Positions 8,213-18,236 of a DNA stretch of 64,000 bases are shown piece by piece. Location of the stretch: positions 459-64,458 of the forward strand of contig CAZWTY010000011.1 of assembly GCA_964637565.1 (NCBI GenBank), written 5' to 3'. The stretch comes from an uncultured Desulforapulum sp. Lineage in GTDB: Bacteria; Desulfobacterota; Desulfobacteria; Desulfobacterales; Desulfolunaceae. The translations under genes and the position numbers were made by a program. How positions within the stretch are numbered: the first letter of the stretch is position 1; each line of letters begins with the position of its first letter. The notes beneath the pieces were generated by a model. That model saw only the letters and a program-made list of their open reading frames with translations, did not search any database and was not told the origin of the DNA.

Positions 8213-10027
8213 TTAATTTTCTTCAGTGTTTATCAGCTTTCGTTTGACGTAGCTTCCCGGGGCATTTTCTATGGCTTTGTACCGCCGATTCCCCGGCTTT
8301 CTTTTTGGAACTCTCAACCCCGCATACTCTCTGTTCCACCCATGCCAGTTATTCCACCAGGAACCCGCTCGCCAGGTGCTTGTCGTGAACCATTCGTCCG
8401 GAGACTCCGGAAGACTATCTGAAAACCTGAAGCCGTACTTGTTCTTTTCAGGTGGATTGATGACACCTGCCACATGGCCCGACCCCGCCAGAACAAAACG
8501 GACCGGTCCGGAATGAATGCGGCAGCCATGATACGAGCCTTTCCATAAAACGATATGGTCGTCTTCTGTTGTGAGAAAATAGGCCGGTGTGGTGATGGCC
8601 GACAGATCAATGGGAACACCCTTGAGGACGATCCCCCCGGGTTCCTTGAGTTTGTTTTCAATATACATTTTGTTGAGGTAGAACGTGTACATGTTGGCGG
8701 GCAGGTTGGTCGAATCCGAATTCCAGTATAAAATATCGAAGGGAACCGGTGTCTTTCCCTTCAGGTAGTTGTTCACCACATAGGACCAGATCAAATCGTT
8801 GGATCTTAGCATGTTGAAGGTCTGGGCGAGCTGGCGTCCATCGAGGTAGCCTGTGATCTCTATGGTTTTTTTCAGGACATCGAGCTGCTCTTTGTCCACG
8901 AAGATACCCAGGTCGCCCGGGTCTGAAAAATCCATGAGGGTGGCAAGATAGGTCAGGGACGCAAACCTGTCTTCTTTTTTTCCGGCAAGATACGCCGCCG
9001 TCGAGGCGAGCAGGGTCCCTCCCGTACAGTACCCCATGGCGGACACTTTTTGTTCGCCGGTAATATCCTTGATGATATCAAGAGCTTTGATGTGCCCCAT
9101 CTCCATGTAGTCTTCATACTTCATATGGGCGTGACGGCTGTCGCAATTGACCCAGGAGATCATGAAGACCGTGTATCCTTTCTTGACCAGCCAGCGAACC
9201 AGGGAGTTGCTCTCGTTCAAATCCAGGATGTAGAACTTGTTGATCCAGGGCGGGGATATCAGGATGGGGGTTGAATAGACGTCTTTGGTTACCGGTTCGT
9301 ACTGGATCAACTGCATCAGTTCATTCTGGTAAATGACTTTACCGGGTGACGTCGCGATATTTTTCCCCAGTTCGAAGGCCTGGGTGTCGGTCATTTTTAT
9401 ATGGATATTGCCGTCAACACTGCTGACATCGTTGAGGAAGTTTTCAAAACCCTTGATAAGGTTGTCTCCACCTGTTTCAAAGGTGATTTTCATCAGTTCC
9501 GGATTTGTCAGAAGAAAGTTGGACGGTGACAGGGCATCTGTGATCTGCTTGGTAAAAAATACGATTTTCTTTTTTTTCTGTTCATCGATGCCATCGATTC
9601 CGGAGACCATGTCATTGATGTTGTTCGATGTCACCAGATAGAAATCCCTCAATAACTTATAGAACTGGTTGGAGTTCCATTCGTCGCTCTTGAACCGTTT
9701 ATCCGTATGCAGGGCACGTATGCTGTCTTCCGGTTCGATACCGCCGATAAAGTTGCTCATGAAGCACTCGGTAAGACGCATGTAATCCGAGATAAACCGG
9801 TGCTGGATGTTGAGAAACGTTTCAGGATTCATAAAATATTTAAGCAAAGGCCCGCTGTAATCCGAAGCCATCATGAAGTCAGCCTTGATATCCGAAGAGC
9901 TGGACTGTTTTTTGAGAAAGAATGATAAAAGGCCTTTCTGTTTGTAGAACATCTGGTTCATCAGTTCGATGATCTTGACGAGATTAACGCCGGCATTCGT
10001 TTTCTTTTCAGGCATGGACGCCCCCAT
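8213..10027 (-). CDS. phaC: Poly(3-hydroxyalkanoate) synthase, class I-like
   Basis: 604 aa. Lipase-box-like 'GYCTGGT' with the catalytic Cys, alpha/beta-hydrolase core, and typical PhaC length. Confidence 0.88.
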   Translation of the reverse strand: MGASMPEKKTNAGVNLVKIIELMNQMFYKQKGLLSFFLKKQSSSSDIKADFMMASDYSGPLLKYFMNPETFLNIQHRFISDYMRLTECFMSNFIGGIEPEDSIRALHTDKRFKSDEWNSNQFYKLLRDFYLVTSNNINDMVSGIDGIDEQKKKKIVFFTKQITDALSPSNFLLTNPELMKITFETGGDNLIKGFENFLNDVSSVDGNIHIKMTDTQAFELGKNIATSPGKVIYQNELMQLIQYEPVTKDVYSTPILISPPWINKFYILDLNESNSLVRWLVKKGYTVFMISWVNCDSRHAHMKYEDYMEMGHIKALDIIKDITGEQKVSAMGYCTGGTLLASTAAYLAGKKEDRFASLTYLATLMDFSDPGDLGIFVDKEQLDVLKKTIEITGYLDGRQLAQTFNMLRSNDLIWSYVVNNYLKGKTPVPFDILYWNSDSTNLPANMYTFYLNKMYIENKLKEPGGIVLKGVPIDLSAITTPAYFLTTEDDHIVLWKGSYHGCRIHSGPVRFVLAGSGHVAGVINPPEKNKYGFRFSDSLPESPDEWFTTSTWRAGSWWNNWHGWNREYAGLRVPKRKPGNRRYKAIENAPGSYVKRKLINTEEN

Positions 10028-10258
10028 TCGCGAGTGATTTGGATGGATGTATCATCGTGTTATTTTTTAACACTATAGCTTTTTAATGACGCCATGCCAA
10101 GAGAGTCCTTGCCTCTGTTTTTAACGCTCTTCTCACGTGCGGTTGTCCTGACAAACCCAACCAGCAATTCTCGGTGATAATTCTGTTAAATACCATTCGT
10201 GTGGCTGGAGCGGTCCATGCCCGCGATAGCGGAGATTGCTTGGTCCCGATATTGTGTC

Positions 10259-10287
10259 TTTACATCGGCAAAACGATCTTTTATAGT
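10259..10287 (+). promoter_or_regulatory. Putative sigma70 promoter of the thi operon
   Basis: TTTACA (10259-10264), 17-nt spacer, TATAGT (10282-10287). This places the transcription start at the 5' edge of the TPP riboswitch. Confidence 0.5.
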
Positions 10288-10295
10288 GAGTCCAC

Positions 10296-10395
10296 ATATT
10301 CGCTGGGGGTGTCCTGACCGTGGTCGGGACTGAGACGGAAGTTATTTCCAACCCTTTGAACCTGATGCAGGTGATACTGCCGTAGGGAAGCACGA
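10296..10395 (+). promoter_or_regulatory. TPP (THI-box) riboswitch
   Basis: CUGGGGGUGUCC...GGGACUGAGA...ACCCUUUGAACCUGAUGCAGGUGAUACUGCCGUAGGGAAGC matches the conserved THI-box core (GGGGUGC, CUGAGA, ACCCUUUGAACCUGAU, GCGUAGGGAA). It sits directly upstream of thiS. Confidence 0.88.
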
Positions 10396-10432
10396 AAAAA
10401 TCACACATCACTTTTTTATTTTGGTTTTTTTT

Positions 10433-10461
10433 GGCTTGCCTTCATGGCGGGCTTTTTTTTT
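10433..10461 (+). terminator. Probable riboswitch expression platform (terminator hairpin plus U-tract)
   Basis: GGCUUGCC/uucau/GGCGGGCU, 8 bp including 3 G-U pairs, followed by a run of 9 T. Located between the aptamer and the thiS ATG (10496). Confidence 0.45.
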
Positions 10462-10495
10462 GCTTTTTTTGAATTGACCAAAGGACAGGCAAACC

Positions 10496-10696
10496 ATGGA
10501 CATGACGGTCAACGGACAAACAGAGACGGTGAAAGACGGCCTGACTCTTGCCGGGTATCTGACTGAACGGAACCTGGATCCGGAGTCTCTGGTGGTGGAA
10601 CTGAACCTTGCCGTGGTTCCCAGGGACCAGTTTACGGCCTGTGTTCTAAAGGACGGTGACAGCCTTGAAATCGTCCGCTTTGTGGGAGGAGGTTGA
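10496..10696 (+). CDS. thiS: Sulfur-carrier protein ThiS
   Basis: 66 aa ending in ...VGGG (C-terminal Gly-Gly). First gene after the TPP riboswitch. Confidence 0.9.
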   Translation: MDMTVNGQTETVKDGLTLAGYLTERNLDPESLVVELNLAVVPRDQFTACVLKDGDSLEIVRFVGGG

Positions 10697-11481
10697 ACAT
10701 GACAGGTATGACGAACGACGATGCGTTCGAGATCGGCGGAAAAAAACTGACGAGCCGGCTGTTCACGGGGACGGGGAAGTATTCATCCGACACCCTGATT
10801 CCCGCTGTGATCGACAGTTCGGGCTCCCAGGTCATCACCGTGGCCCTGCGCCGTGTGGATATCGGTGCTGAAACGGACAATGTGATGAAACATATCCCCA
10901 AACACGTGGTTCTTCTCCCCAACACTTCCGGTGCGAGAAACGCGGACGAAGCGGTTCGGATCGCCCGTCTTGCCCGGGCCGCGGGTTGCGGCAACTGGAT
11001 CAAAATCGAGGTGATTTCCGACAGCGTATACCTTCTGCCCGACGGGTATGAAACGGCCAAAGCCACGGAAATTCTGGCAAAAGAAGGGTTTGAGGTCTTC
11101 CCCTACATCAACCCGGACCTGATGGTGGCCAGATCCCTGGTCAACGCCGGGGCCGCCGCCGTGATGCCCCTGGGCTCACCCATCGGGAGCAACCGGGGGC
11201 TTCGGACCCGGGAGATGATCCGGATTCTCATCGACGAAATCCCTCTGCCCATCATTGTGGACGCGGGGATCGGTCGTCCTTCCCAGGCCTGCGAAGCCAT
11301 GGAAATGGGGGCCGCCGCCTGTCTGGTGAACACGGCCATTTCCAGTGCCGGTGATCCGGTGGCCATGGCCGCGGCTTTCGGCGAGGCGGTGCGCGCCGGG
11401 AGAAAGGCGTATCTTGCAGGGCCGGGGGCGGTGGGTGAAAAGGCCTCGGCTTCGTCGCCCCTCACGGGTTTTCTGGGATAG
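10693..11481 (+). CDS. thiG: Thiazole synthase ThiG
   Basis: 262 aa with typical ThiG TIM-barrel sequence ('FTGTGKY', 'LLPNTSGA', '[10 protein letters not shown]'). Its start overlaps the thiS stop. Confidence 0.92.
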   Translation: MNMTGMTNDDAFEIGGKKLTSRLFTGTGKYSSDTLIPAVIDSSGSQVITVALRRVDIGAETDNVMKHIPKHVVLLPNTSGARNADEAVRIARLARAAGCGNWIKIEVISDSVYLLPDGYETAKATEILAKEGFEVFPYINPDLMVARSLVNAGAAAVMPLGSPIGSNRGLRTREMIRILIDEIPLPIIVDAGIGRPSQACEAMEMGAAACLVNTAISSAGDPVAMAAAFGEAVRAGRKAYLAGPGAVGEKASASSPLTGFLG

Positions 11482-11490
11482 GAGGATACC

Positions 11491-12612
11491 ATGGGTTTCT
11501 ATGAGGTGATGGCTGAGTACAGACCAGGCGACCTGGAATCGTTCATCGGAAAGGTGAAGCCAGACGACGTGAGACGCGTTCTGGGAAAACAGCGCCTGTC
11601 GCCCTGGGACTATCTGACCCTGCTGTCACCCGTTGCATCGGAGTTTCTCGAAGACATGGCGAGAAAAGCCCACGAGATCACGGTCCGGCAGTTCGGGAAA
11701 ACCATTTTGCTCTACACCCCCATGTACCTGTCCGATCATTGCGTGAACCTCTGCCGGTACTGCGGATTCAACGCCTCCATCGACCTTAGGCGTTCAAGGC
11801 TTGAGCCCGAGGACGTGGACCGGGAGGCCGCTGTCATTGCCGAAACGGGCCTCAAGCATATCCTGATATTGACCGGGGAATCCAGGACTCATTCTTCGCC
11901 CCGATACATCGGGGACTGCGCACGACGCCTGGCCCGGTACTTCACGTCCATCGCCATCGAGGTCTACCCCCTGGAAACGGATGAATACGTGGATCTGGTC
12001 AGCGACGGGGTGGACGGGCTGACCTTGTACCAGGAAACATACAACGAAGCCCTTTACGACAGCCTCCATCTCCGTGGACCCAAGAAAAACTTTTCGTTCC
12101 GCCTGGACGCCCCGGAAAGGGGATGCCGGGCCGGTATGAGGACGGTGGGAATCGGGGCGCTTCTCGGTCTCGATGTGTTTTACAGGGATTCGTTTTATAC
12201 CGGACTTCACGCCTGGTATCTCCAGAGAAGCTATCCCGAGGTGGACATCAGCGTGTCTTTTCCAAGAATGAGGCCCCATGCGGGATCGTTCCAGCCCGGG
12301 CATCCGGCGTCGGACCGTGAGATGGTCCAGGCCGTCACAGCCCTGAGGCTGTTCATGCCCAGGGCCGGAATCACCTTGTCCACCCGGGAGACCGAGGATT
12401 TCAGAAACAACATCCTGCCCCTGGGAGTGACGCGGATGTCCGCCGGTTCCTGCACCCAGGTGGGGGGACGAAGCCGGGACAACGCCAACACAGGCCAGTT
12501 CGATATTTCCGATGAACGTTCGGTACAGGAGATGGCCCGTGATCTTGCGGCCCGGGGCTACCAGCCGGTGTACAAGGACTGGGAACCGCTGGTGTCCCTG
12601 GACGTGGCCTGA
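11491..12612 (+). CDS. thiH: 2-iminoacetate synthase ThiH (radical SAM)
   Basis: 373 aa. Radical-SAM 'CVNLCRYCGF' motif, in thi operon context. Confidence 0.9.
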   Translation: MGFYEVMAEYRPGDLESFIGKVKPDDVRRVLGKQRLSPWDYLTLLSPVASEFLEDMARKAHEITVRQFGKTILLYTPMYLSDHCVNLCRYCGFNASIDLRRSRLEPEDVDREAAVIAETGLKHILILTGESRTHSSPRYIGDCARRLARYFTSIAIEVYPLETDEYVDLVSDGVDGLTLYQETYNEALYDSLHLRGPKKNFSFRLDAPERGCRAGMRTVGIGALLGLDVFYRDSFYTGLHAWYLQRSYPEVDISVSFPRMRPHAGSFQPGHPASDREMVQAVTALRLFMPRAGITLSTRETEDFRNNILPLGVTRMSAGSCTQVGGRSRDNANTGQFDISDERSVQEMARDLAARGYQPVYKDWEPLVSLDVA

Positions 12613-12625
12613 AGGATGGAAGATC

Positions 12626-13276
12626 GTGGTGACGTCAACTGAAAAAACGTCGGTGTTCGAACAGGGCGCCCTCAGGTACCTGATAGACTGGGAGCTTGAA
12701 AAAATCCGGTCGGTGAGGATCGGCATTGCAGGGGCCGGGGGGCTTGGCTCCAACTGCGCCCATTTTCTCGTACGATGCGGGTTCAGGCGTTTTGTGCTCG
12801 TTGATGGCGACACGGTGGACGGCTCCAACCTGAACCGACAGTTTTTTTTCGAAAACCAGGTGGGACAATTGAAGGTTTCGGCCCTTCGTGACAACCTTCT
12901 GGCTATTGACGGGAGCCTTGATATCGAGATACAGCCGGTGATGCTGGATACAACCAGCGTGGTCCAGGTTTTCCAGGATGTGGACGTGATCGTCGAGGCC
13001 CTGGACAGGGCGGCGGCCAAGGCCATGATGGCCGGACTTTTCATGAACGGAGACAGGCTTCTGGTGTCCGGCTCGGGAATCGGGTGCTGGGGTCATCCGG
13101 ACAGCATCCGGGTGAAACGGGTGAAACCCCTTTTCTTCATGGTGGGGGATTTTGTCTCGGAACAGAATGAGACAGCACCGCCCCTGTGCCCCAAAGTCGT
13201 CGTGGTGGCGGCCAAACAGGCGGATGTGGTGCTTCAGATGGTGTTAGGGAGGTGGGATCATGAAACAGATACTTGA
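12626..13276 (+). CDS. thiF: ThiF-family E1-like adenylyltransferase
   Basis: Rossmann 'IGIAGAGGLGSN' and 'DGDTVDGSNLNRQ'. The track ORF starts at 12512 inside thiH, so I prefer the in-frame GTG at 12626 or 12629 after GAAGGA. The start is uncertain. Confidence 0.8.
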   Translation: MVTSTEKTSVFEQGALRYLIDWELEKIRSVRIGIAGAGGLGSNCAHFLVRCGFRRFVLVDGDTVDGSNLNRQFFFENQVGQLKVSALRDNLLAIDGSLDIEIQPVMLDTTSVVQVFQDVDVIVEALDRAAAKAMMAGLFMNGDRLLVSGSGIGCWGHPDSIRVKRVKPLFFMVGDFVSEQNETAPPLCPKVVVVAAKQADVVLQMVLGRWDHETDT

Positions 13277-13901
13277 TACAGATATCTACGGTATCACCGG
13301 CGAGGAGTTCTCAAGGGGCCGCGACAATCTGACCATCGCGGAGCTGATGATAAAATCCGGAATCCGGATCATCCAGTACCGTGAAAAGGAAAAACACATG
13401 GGGGAACGGTACAGGGAATGCCTGGCCATCCGTGAGATGACGGCGAAAGCCGGGGTGACGTTCATCGTGAACGACCATGTGGACCTGGCCCTGGCCGTGT
13501 CGGCGGACGGAATCCATGTGGGCCAGGAAGATCTTCCCATTGAGGCCATCCGGCGCGTCACAGGCGGAAAGATGATCGTGGGGCTTTCCACCCACAGCCC
13601 GGAACAGGCAAGGAAGGCTGTGGCCGACGGCGCGGATTATATCGGCGTGGGGCCCATTTTCAGTACCACCACGAAAAAGGATGTGGTCGACCCCGTGGGT
13701 TTCGACTATCTGGATTTTGTGGTGAAAAACATCCCGATTCCCTTTGTGGCCATCGGCGGAATCAAGGAGCACAACGCGGGCGAGCTGGTGAGACGGGGGG
13801 CGTCCTGTCTTGCCATGATCACGGAAATTGTCGGTGCCGACGATATGGTGAGAAAAGTTGAAAACATCAGAAACAGCATGAAAAAAGGAATGAGACCATG
13901 A
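13260..13901 (+). CDS. thiE: Thiamine-phosphate synthase ThiE
   Basis: 213 aa. Contains 'IQYREK', 'NDHVDLA', 'GVHVGQEDL' and 'YIGVGPIF', which are typical ThiE motifs. Confidence 0.9.
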   Translation: MKQILDTDIYGITGEEFSRGRDNLTIAELMIKSGIRIIQYREKEKHMGERYRECLAIREMTAKAGVTFIVNDHVDLALAVSADGIHVGQEDLPIEAIRRVTGGKMIVGLSTHSPEQARKAVADGADYIGVGPIFSTTTKKDVVDPVGFDYLDFVVKNIPIPFVAIGGIKEHNAGELVRRGASCLAMITEIVGADDMVRKVENIRNSMKKGMRP

Positions 13902-15202
13902 CTTACACCACCCAGATGGATGCGGCGAGAAAAGGCATCGTGACCCGTGAGATGAAAATCGTTGCCGAAAAGGAAAAGATGGAGCCTGAAAAGCTCATGG
14001 AGCTCATGGCCCGGGGCAAGGTCATCATACCCGCCAATAAAAATCACCGGAACCTGGAGCCCGAAGGGGTGGGGGAGGGCCTCCGCACCAAGATCAACGT
14101 AAATCTCGGAATCTCCAAAGACTGCGCCGACGTGAACCTTGAAATGGAAAAGGCCCGGCTTGCCGTGGAACTCAAGGCCGAGGCCATCATGGACCTGAGC
14201 TGTTACGGAAAGACCCGGGAGTTCCGCCAGCGGCTGATCGCCATGTCCCCGGCCATGATCGGCACCGTTCCCATCTATGACGCGGTGGGATTCTACGAAA
14301 AGGACCTGGCGGACATCACCGTGGATGAGTTTTTCAAGGTGGTGGAAACCCATGCCATGGACGGGGTTGATTTTGTCACCATCCACGCCGGGCTGAACCG
14401 GGCCACGGCCGAAAAGATCAGGAAAAACGAACGGTTGATGGGTATTGTTTCCCGTGGTGGTTCCCTGCTTTACGCCTGGATGAACCTGAACGGCAAGGAA
14501 AACCCGTTTTACGAACATTTCGACCGTCTTCTCGATATCTGTGTTGCACACGACCTCACGCTGAGCCTGGGAGACGGATGCCGGCCGGGAAGTCTGGCGG
14601 ACTCCACCGACGCCTGCCAGATCGAGGAGCTGGTCGTGCTGGGGGAACTGACGAAAAAGGCCTGGGAACGAAATGTCCAGGTGATGATCGAAGGGCCGGG
14701 ACACATGGCCCTGACTGAAATCGCCGGAAACATGATGCTCGAGAAAAAGCTGTGCCACGGCGCGCCGTTCTATGTGCTGGGCCCCCTGGTCACGGACGTG
14801 GCTCCCGGTTACGACCATATCACCAGCGCCATCGGAGGGGCCATCGCGGCGGCCAACGGGGCGGATTTCCTCTGCTACGTGACCCCGGCTGAACATCTTC
14901 GCCTTCCCACGGCAGACGACATGAAAGAGGGGATCATGGCCTCCCGGATCGCGGCCCATGCCGCCGATATCGCAAAGAATATCCCCGGCGCCAGAGACTG
15001 GGACAACGCCATGAGCAAGGCCCGGGCCGAACTTGACTGGAGCCGGATGATCGAACTTTCTATTGACCCGGACAAGGCAAGACGGTACCGTGAGAGCTCG
15101 AAACCCGAACACGAGGACAGCTGCACCATGTGTGGAAAGATGTGTGCCGTCCGGAACATGAACCGGGTGCATTCGGGCAAGGACATTCAGCTGAACGACT
15201 GA
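13898..15202 (+). CDS. thiC: Phosphomethylpyrimidine synthase ThiC
   Basis: 434 aa with the conserved ThiC core ('VTIHAG', 'GIVSRGGS') and a C-terminal 'CTMCG..C' cluster motif. ATGA overlap with thiE. Confidence 0.92.
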   Translation: MTYTTQMDAARKGIVTREMKIVAEKEKMEPEKLMELMARGKVIIPANKNHRNLEPEGVGEGLRTKINVNLGISKDCADVNLEMEKARLAVELKAEAIMDLSCYGKTREFRQRLIAMSPAMIGTVPIYDAVGFYEKDLADITVDEFFKVVETHAMDGVDFVTIHAGLNRATAEKIRKNERLMGIVSRGGSLLYAWMNLNGKENPFYEHFDRLLDICVAHDLTLSLGDGCRPGSLADSTDACQIEELVVLGELTKKAWERNVQVMIEGPGHMALTEIAGNMMLEKKLCHGAPFYVLGPLVTDVAPGYDHITSAIGGAIAAANGADFLCYVTPAEHLRLPTADDMKEGIMASRIAAHAADIAKNIPGARDWDNAMSKARAELDWSRMIELSIDPDKARRYRESSKPEHEDSCTMCGKMCAVRNMNRVHSGKDIQLND

Positions 15203-15236
15203 GCCCAGGGAACAAAGGATATTCAGGAACGAGGTC

Positions 15237-16094
15237 ATGAAACAGACAAGACGCCAGTCCATGCTCTGCCCCAACTGCAGAAAGCTGATCAACAGCGACG
15301 AACCCATGTGCCCCTACTGCAACATGGTGAAACCCGGTTCGTCGTTCCGGAACAACTCCCTGGTGAGAAACATGGACGACCCGAGAACCGTGGCTTTGAC
15401 CATTGTCTGGGTCAACGTGGTGATGTTCGTCATCTCCCTTCTGTTCAGCGGAAGGTATGTGGGATTCTCCATGAATCCCCTGGATACCCTGTCTCCGGCC
15501 CGTTTCAGTCTGGAGATTTTAGGCGGAAGCGGTCGTATTCCCATTGACGGTTACGGCCTTTGGTGGACCCTTGTTTCGGCTAACTACCTGCACGGAAGCA
15601 TTCTCCATATCCTGTTCAACATGATCATGTTCTGGCAGCTCGTTCCTCTGACCGCACGGGAATACGGCGTTTACCGGATGTTCACCATCTACACCCTGGG
15701 GGGTGTTTTCGGGTTTCTGGTCTCCTATATGGCCGGTATTCCCTTCACCATCGGAGCTTCGGCAGCCGTGTGTGCCCTGGTGGGTTCCCTGCTTTACTTC
15801 GGAAAATCCAGGGGAGGTGTCTACGGACAGACCGTCTACAAACAGATCATGGGATGGGTGATCAGCCTTTTCCTGTTCGGTTTCATCGTTCCCGGAATCA
15901 ACAACTGGGCCCACGGCGGCGGAATCCTGGGAGGCCTGCTTCTGGGGTATGTTCTCGGTTACGAGGAACGGACCCGGGAAACGTCTTTTCACAAAACCCT
16001 GGCCCTGATCTGCGTGGTCGTGACGGTTCTCGTGCTCCTGTGGGCCCTGTTCAGCGCCGTTCTCCTGGTCATATCCTCAAACCGGGCTGTGTGA
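15237..16094 (+). CDS. Rhomboid-family intramembrane serine protease with N-terminal zinc ribbon
   Basis: 285 aa. 'CPNC...CPYC' ribbon, 'HGSILHILFNM' (HxxxxHxxxN), catalytic 'GASAAV', and a distal 'AHGGGILGG'. Confidence 0.85.
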   Translation: MKQTRRQSMLCPNCRKLINSDEPMCPYCNMVKPGSSFRNNSLVRNMDDPRTVALTIVWVNVVMFVISLLFSGRYVGFSMNPLDTLSPARFSLEILGGSGRIPIDGYGLWWTLVSANYLHGSILHILFNMIMFWQLVPLTAREYGVYRMFTIYTLGGVFGFLVSYMAGIPFTIGASAAVCALVGSLLYFGKSRGGVYGQTVYKQIMGWVISLFLFGFIVPGINNWAHGGGILGGLLLGYVLGYEERTRETSFHKTLALICVVVTVLVLLWALFSAVLLVISSNRAV

Positions 16095-16107
16095 CAGCTC
16101 GTCCGGA

Positions 16108-17097
16108 ATGCCTATGAAACTTTATCTCGCGCCACTCCAGGGGTTCACGGACCGTGTTTTCCGGAACACCTTTTCCATGTTCTTCGAGGGTTTCGACCTG
16201 GCCATCGCCCCGTTTATCTCGGCGCTCCAGGGATGCCGCTACAAAAACCGGGAGATCCGGGACGTCTTGCCGGAACTCAATGGAAGGATGCCGGTGATCC
16301 CCCAGATCATGGGCAACAACCCCGATGATTTTGCCGCCGTGGCCCGTGTGCTTCACGACCTGGGTTACACCACGGTGAACTGGAATCTGGGCTGTCCGTA
16401 CAAGATGGTGGCCAAAAAAATGAAAGGGTCGGGCCTTTTATGCTTTCCCGACGTGGTGGATTCGTTTCTCGAACGGGTGTTTCCCCAGATCAAGACAGGA
16501 CTTTCCATCAAGATGCGGCTGGGACGTCATGACAAACGGGAGATCTTCACCCTGATGCCCATTCTGAACCGCTACCCCCTGGACGAGGTGACCATCCACC
16601 CCAGGACCGGCGTTCAGATGTACGAGGGGTCCGTGGATCTCGACACCTTCGAGGAGGCCTGTTCCATGTGCCGTCACCCGGTGGTGTACAACGGTGACAT
16701 CCGGAGCCTTTCGGATTTTGAGAACATGAAGCGACGGCTGCCCTATATCGATCGATGGATGATCGGAAGAGGGGTGCTGGCTGACCCGTTTCTTCCGGGT
16801 GTGATCCGCAACGGTAGAGATGCCGTGGATGATAAAATGGACCGGATCAAACGGTTTCATGACGCCTATTTCACCGAACGGCTGGAAACCCTTTCCGGGC
16901 CGATTCACGTCATGGACCGGATGAAATCGTTCTGGAGCTGTCTCGCCCCTTCGATGGAGGACGGGGACGAGCTGTTCAAACAGATCAAAAAAGTCAGGGA
17001 CCCCGAGATCTACCGACTCCGGATGGAAGCTTTTTTCCACCAGGGAACCCGGTGGCTCGGCCCATTTCAATCTTTGCAAGGAGGTTGTGACCCATGA
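16108..17097 (+). CDS. tRNA-dihydrouridine synthase (Dus family)
   Basis: 329 aa. 'LAPLQGFTDRVFR', 'NLGCPYKMV', and an FMN TIM-barrel pattern. Confidence 0.8.
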   Translation: MPMKLYLAPLQGFTDRVFRNTFSMFFEGFDLAIAPFISALQGCRYKNREIRDVLPELNGRMPVIPQIMGNNPDDFAAVARVLHDLGYTTVNWNLGCPYKMVAKKMKGSGLLCFPDVVDSFLERVFPQIKTGLSIKMRLGRHDKREIFTLMPILNRYPLDEVTIHPRTGVQMYEGSVDLDTFEEACSMCRHPVVYNGDIRSLSDFENMKRRLPYIDRWMIGRGVLADPFLPGVIRNGRDAVDDKMDRIKRFHDAYFTERLETLSGPIHVMDRMKSFWSCLAPSMEDGDELFKQIKKVRDPEIYRLRMEAFFHQGTRWLGPFQSLQGGCDP

Positions 17098-18236
17098 ATC
17101 ATTCCATGCATTCCATGATGCGTCGGTTCCTTTCGAAAAGCCTTTTGGTGGTTCTTCTTCTGCCGTTCATGTCCTGCACATCCTCGAACGAGTCCCGTGT
17201 CATCGTGGAGACTCGAACCGTGGAAAACCGTTACCCGGATATCTACGAGTACGATCTGCCCGAGTCCATGACACTTTGCGGGGAAACCATCGACCTGACC
17301 GACCCTCTGACACGCGAAATGTTCGACCGGGAGTTCACCATCATGGTTTGGGACAGGCCCCAGGTTTTCATGTGGGTCAAACGATCCGGGCGGTATTTTC
17401 CCTATTTCGAAAAGAAACTGGCTGAACACGGATTGCCCGATGATCTGAAATACCTGGCTGTGGCTGAAAGCGCCCTTCACATTACGGCCAAATCGGGCGC
17501 AGGGGCTCTCGGTTTGTGGCAGATCATGCCGGGAACAGGGAAAGACCTGGGTTTGAGAGTGGAAAACGGTGTGATCGACGAACGGATGAGTGTGGAGCGA
17601 TCCACAGACGCGGCCATTCGCCATTTGAAAAGATTGAACGGCAAGTTTGACAACTGGATTCTTTCCATGGCGGCTTACAACGGGGGGGACAACCGGGTGA
17701 ACCAGGCCATGAAAAGCCAGAGTGTGACCAACTATTTCAAGCTGAACCTGCCCCCGGAGACCGAAAGGTACGTGTTCCGCATCGCCGCCATCAAGATGAT
17801 TCTGGAAAATCCAGAGAAGTTCGGATACAAAATCGATCCGTCAAGAATTTACAAGCCACATGACGCCAAGTCCGTCATTGTGAATATTTCCGGACGTTTT
17901 TATATCACCGACGTGACGTTTGTGGCTAAAATCAACTTCAGGACTTTCATGGAGCTCAATCCGCTGCTCCTGGGTTCAACACTGCCCGAAGGCCGTTATA
18001 TGGTTCAGGTTCCTTCCGAAAGCAGGGATGATTTCGTCAAGGCACTTGAAAAACTCAGCGATCCCGTCTTCAGATCGCAGAACGGCTTTGACAAACGGTA
18101 TGTGGTGGTCCAGGAAGGGGACGGACTTTACAGTATTTCATGGAAAACCGGTGTTTCGGTCACCACGATCATGAAGCTGAACAACATGAAAAACAGCCAG
18201 ATCACACCGGGGCAGAGGCTTCTGGTCAGGGACTGA
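17094..18236 (+). CDS. Lytic transglycosylase (SLT domain) with C-terminal LysM, MltD-like
   Basis: 380 aa. N-terminal signal/lipobox-like 'LLLPFMSC', SLT 'AESALHITAKSGAGALGLWQIMPGTG' and 'AAYNGG', and LysM 'YVVVQEGDGLYSISWKTGVSVTTIMKLNN'. Confidence 0.85.
   Translation: MNHSMHSMMRRFLSKSLLVVLLLPFMSCTSSNESRVIVETRTVENRYPDIYEYDLPESMTLCGETIDLTDPLTREMFDREFTIMVWDRPQVFMWVKRSGRYFPYFEKKLAEHGLPDDLKYLAVAESALHITAKSGAGALGLWQIMPGTGKDLGLRVENGVIDERMSVERSTDAAIRHLKRLNGKFDNWILSMAAYNGGDNRVNQAMKSQSVTNYFKLNLPPETERYVFRIAAIKMILENPEKFGYKIDPSRIYKPHDAKSVIVNISGRFYITDVTFVAKINFRTFMELNPLLLGSTLPEGRYMVQVPSESRDDFVKALEKLSDPVFRSQNGFDKRYVVVQEGDGLYSISWKTGVSVTTIMKLNNMKNSQITPGQRLLVRD

Noticed and set aside
10133-10411. 92-aa minus-strand ORF overlapping the thi leader
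   Set aside because: It overlaps the TPP riboswitch and promoter, has no RBS or motif, and the region is better explained as regulatory RNA.
12512-12625. ThiF start at ATG 12512
   Set aside because: It would overlap thiH by 101 nt in another frame and add a non-homologous N-terminal extension. The in-frame GTG at 12626/12629 after a GAAGGA RBS fits the compact operon.
13706-15307. Long antisense ORFs opposite real genes. Examples: 13706-15307 vs thiC, 11794-13044 vs thiH/thiF, 33405-34676 vs the secretin, 25908-26984 vs batB, 6550-7494 vs the dynamin-like gene, 16438-17079 vs dus.
   Set aside because: This is the same codon-bias artefact as above. The products are low-complexity (G/R/H/P/V-rich) and lack an RBS or recognisable domains, whereas the opposite strand encodes well-supported proteins.
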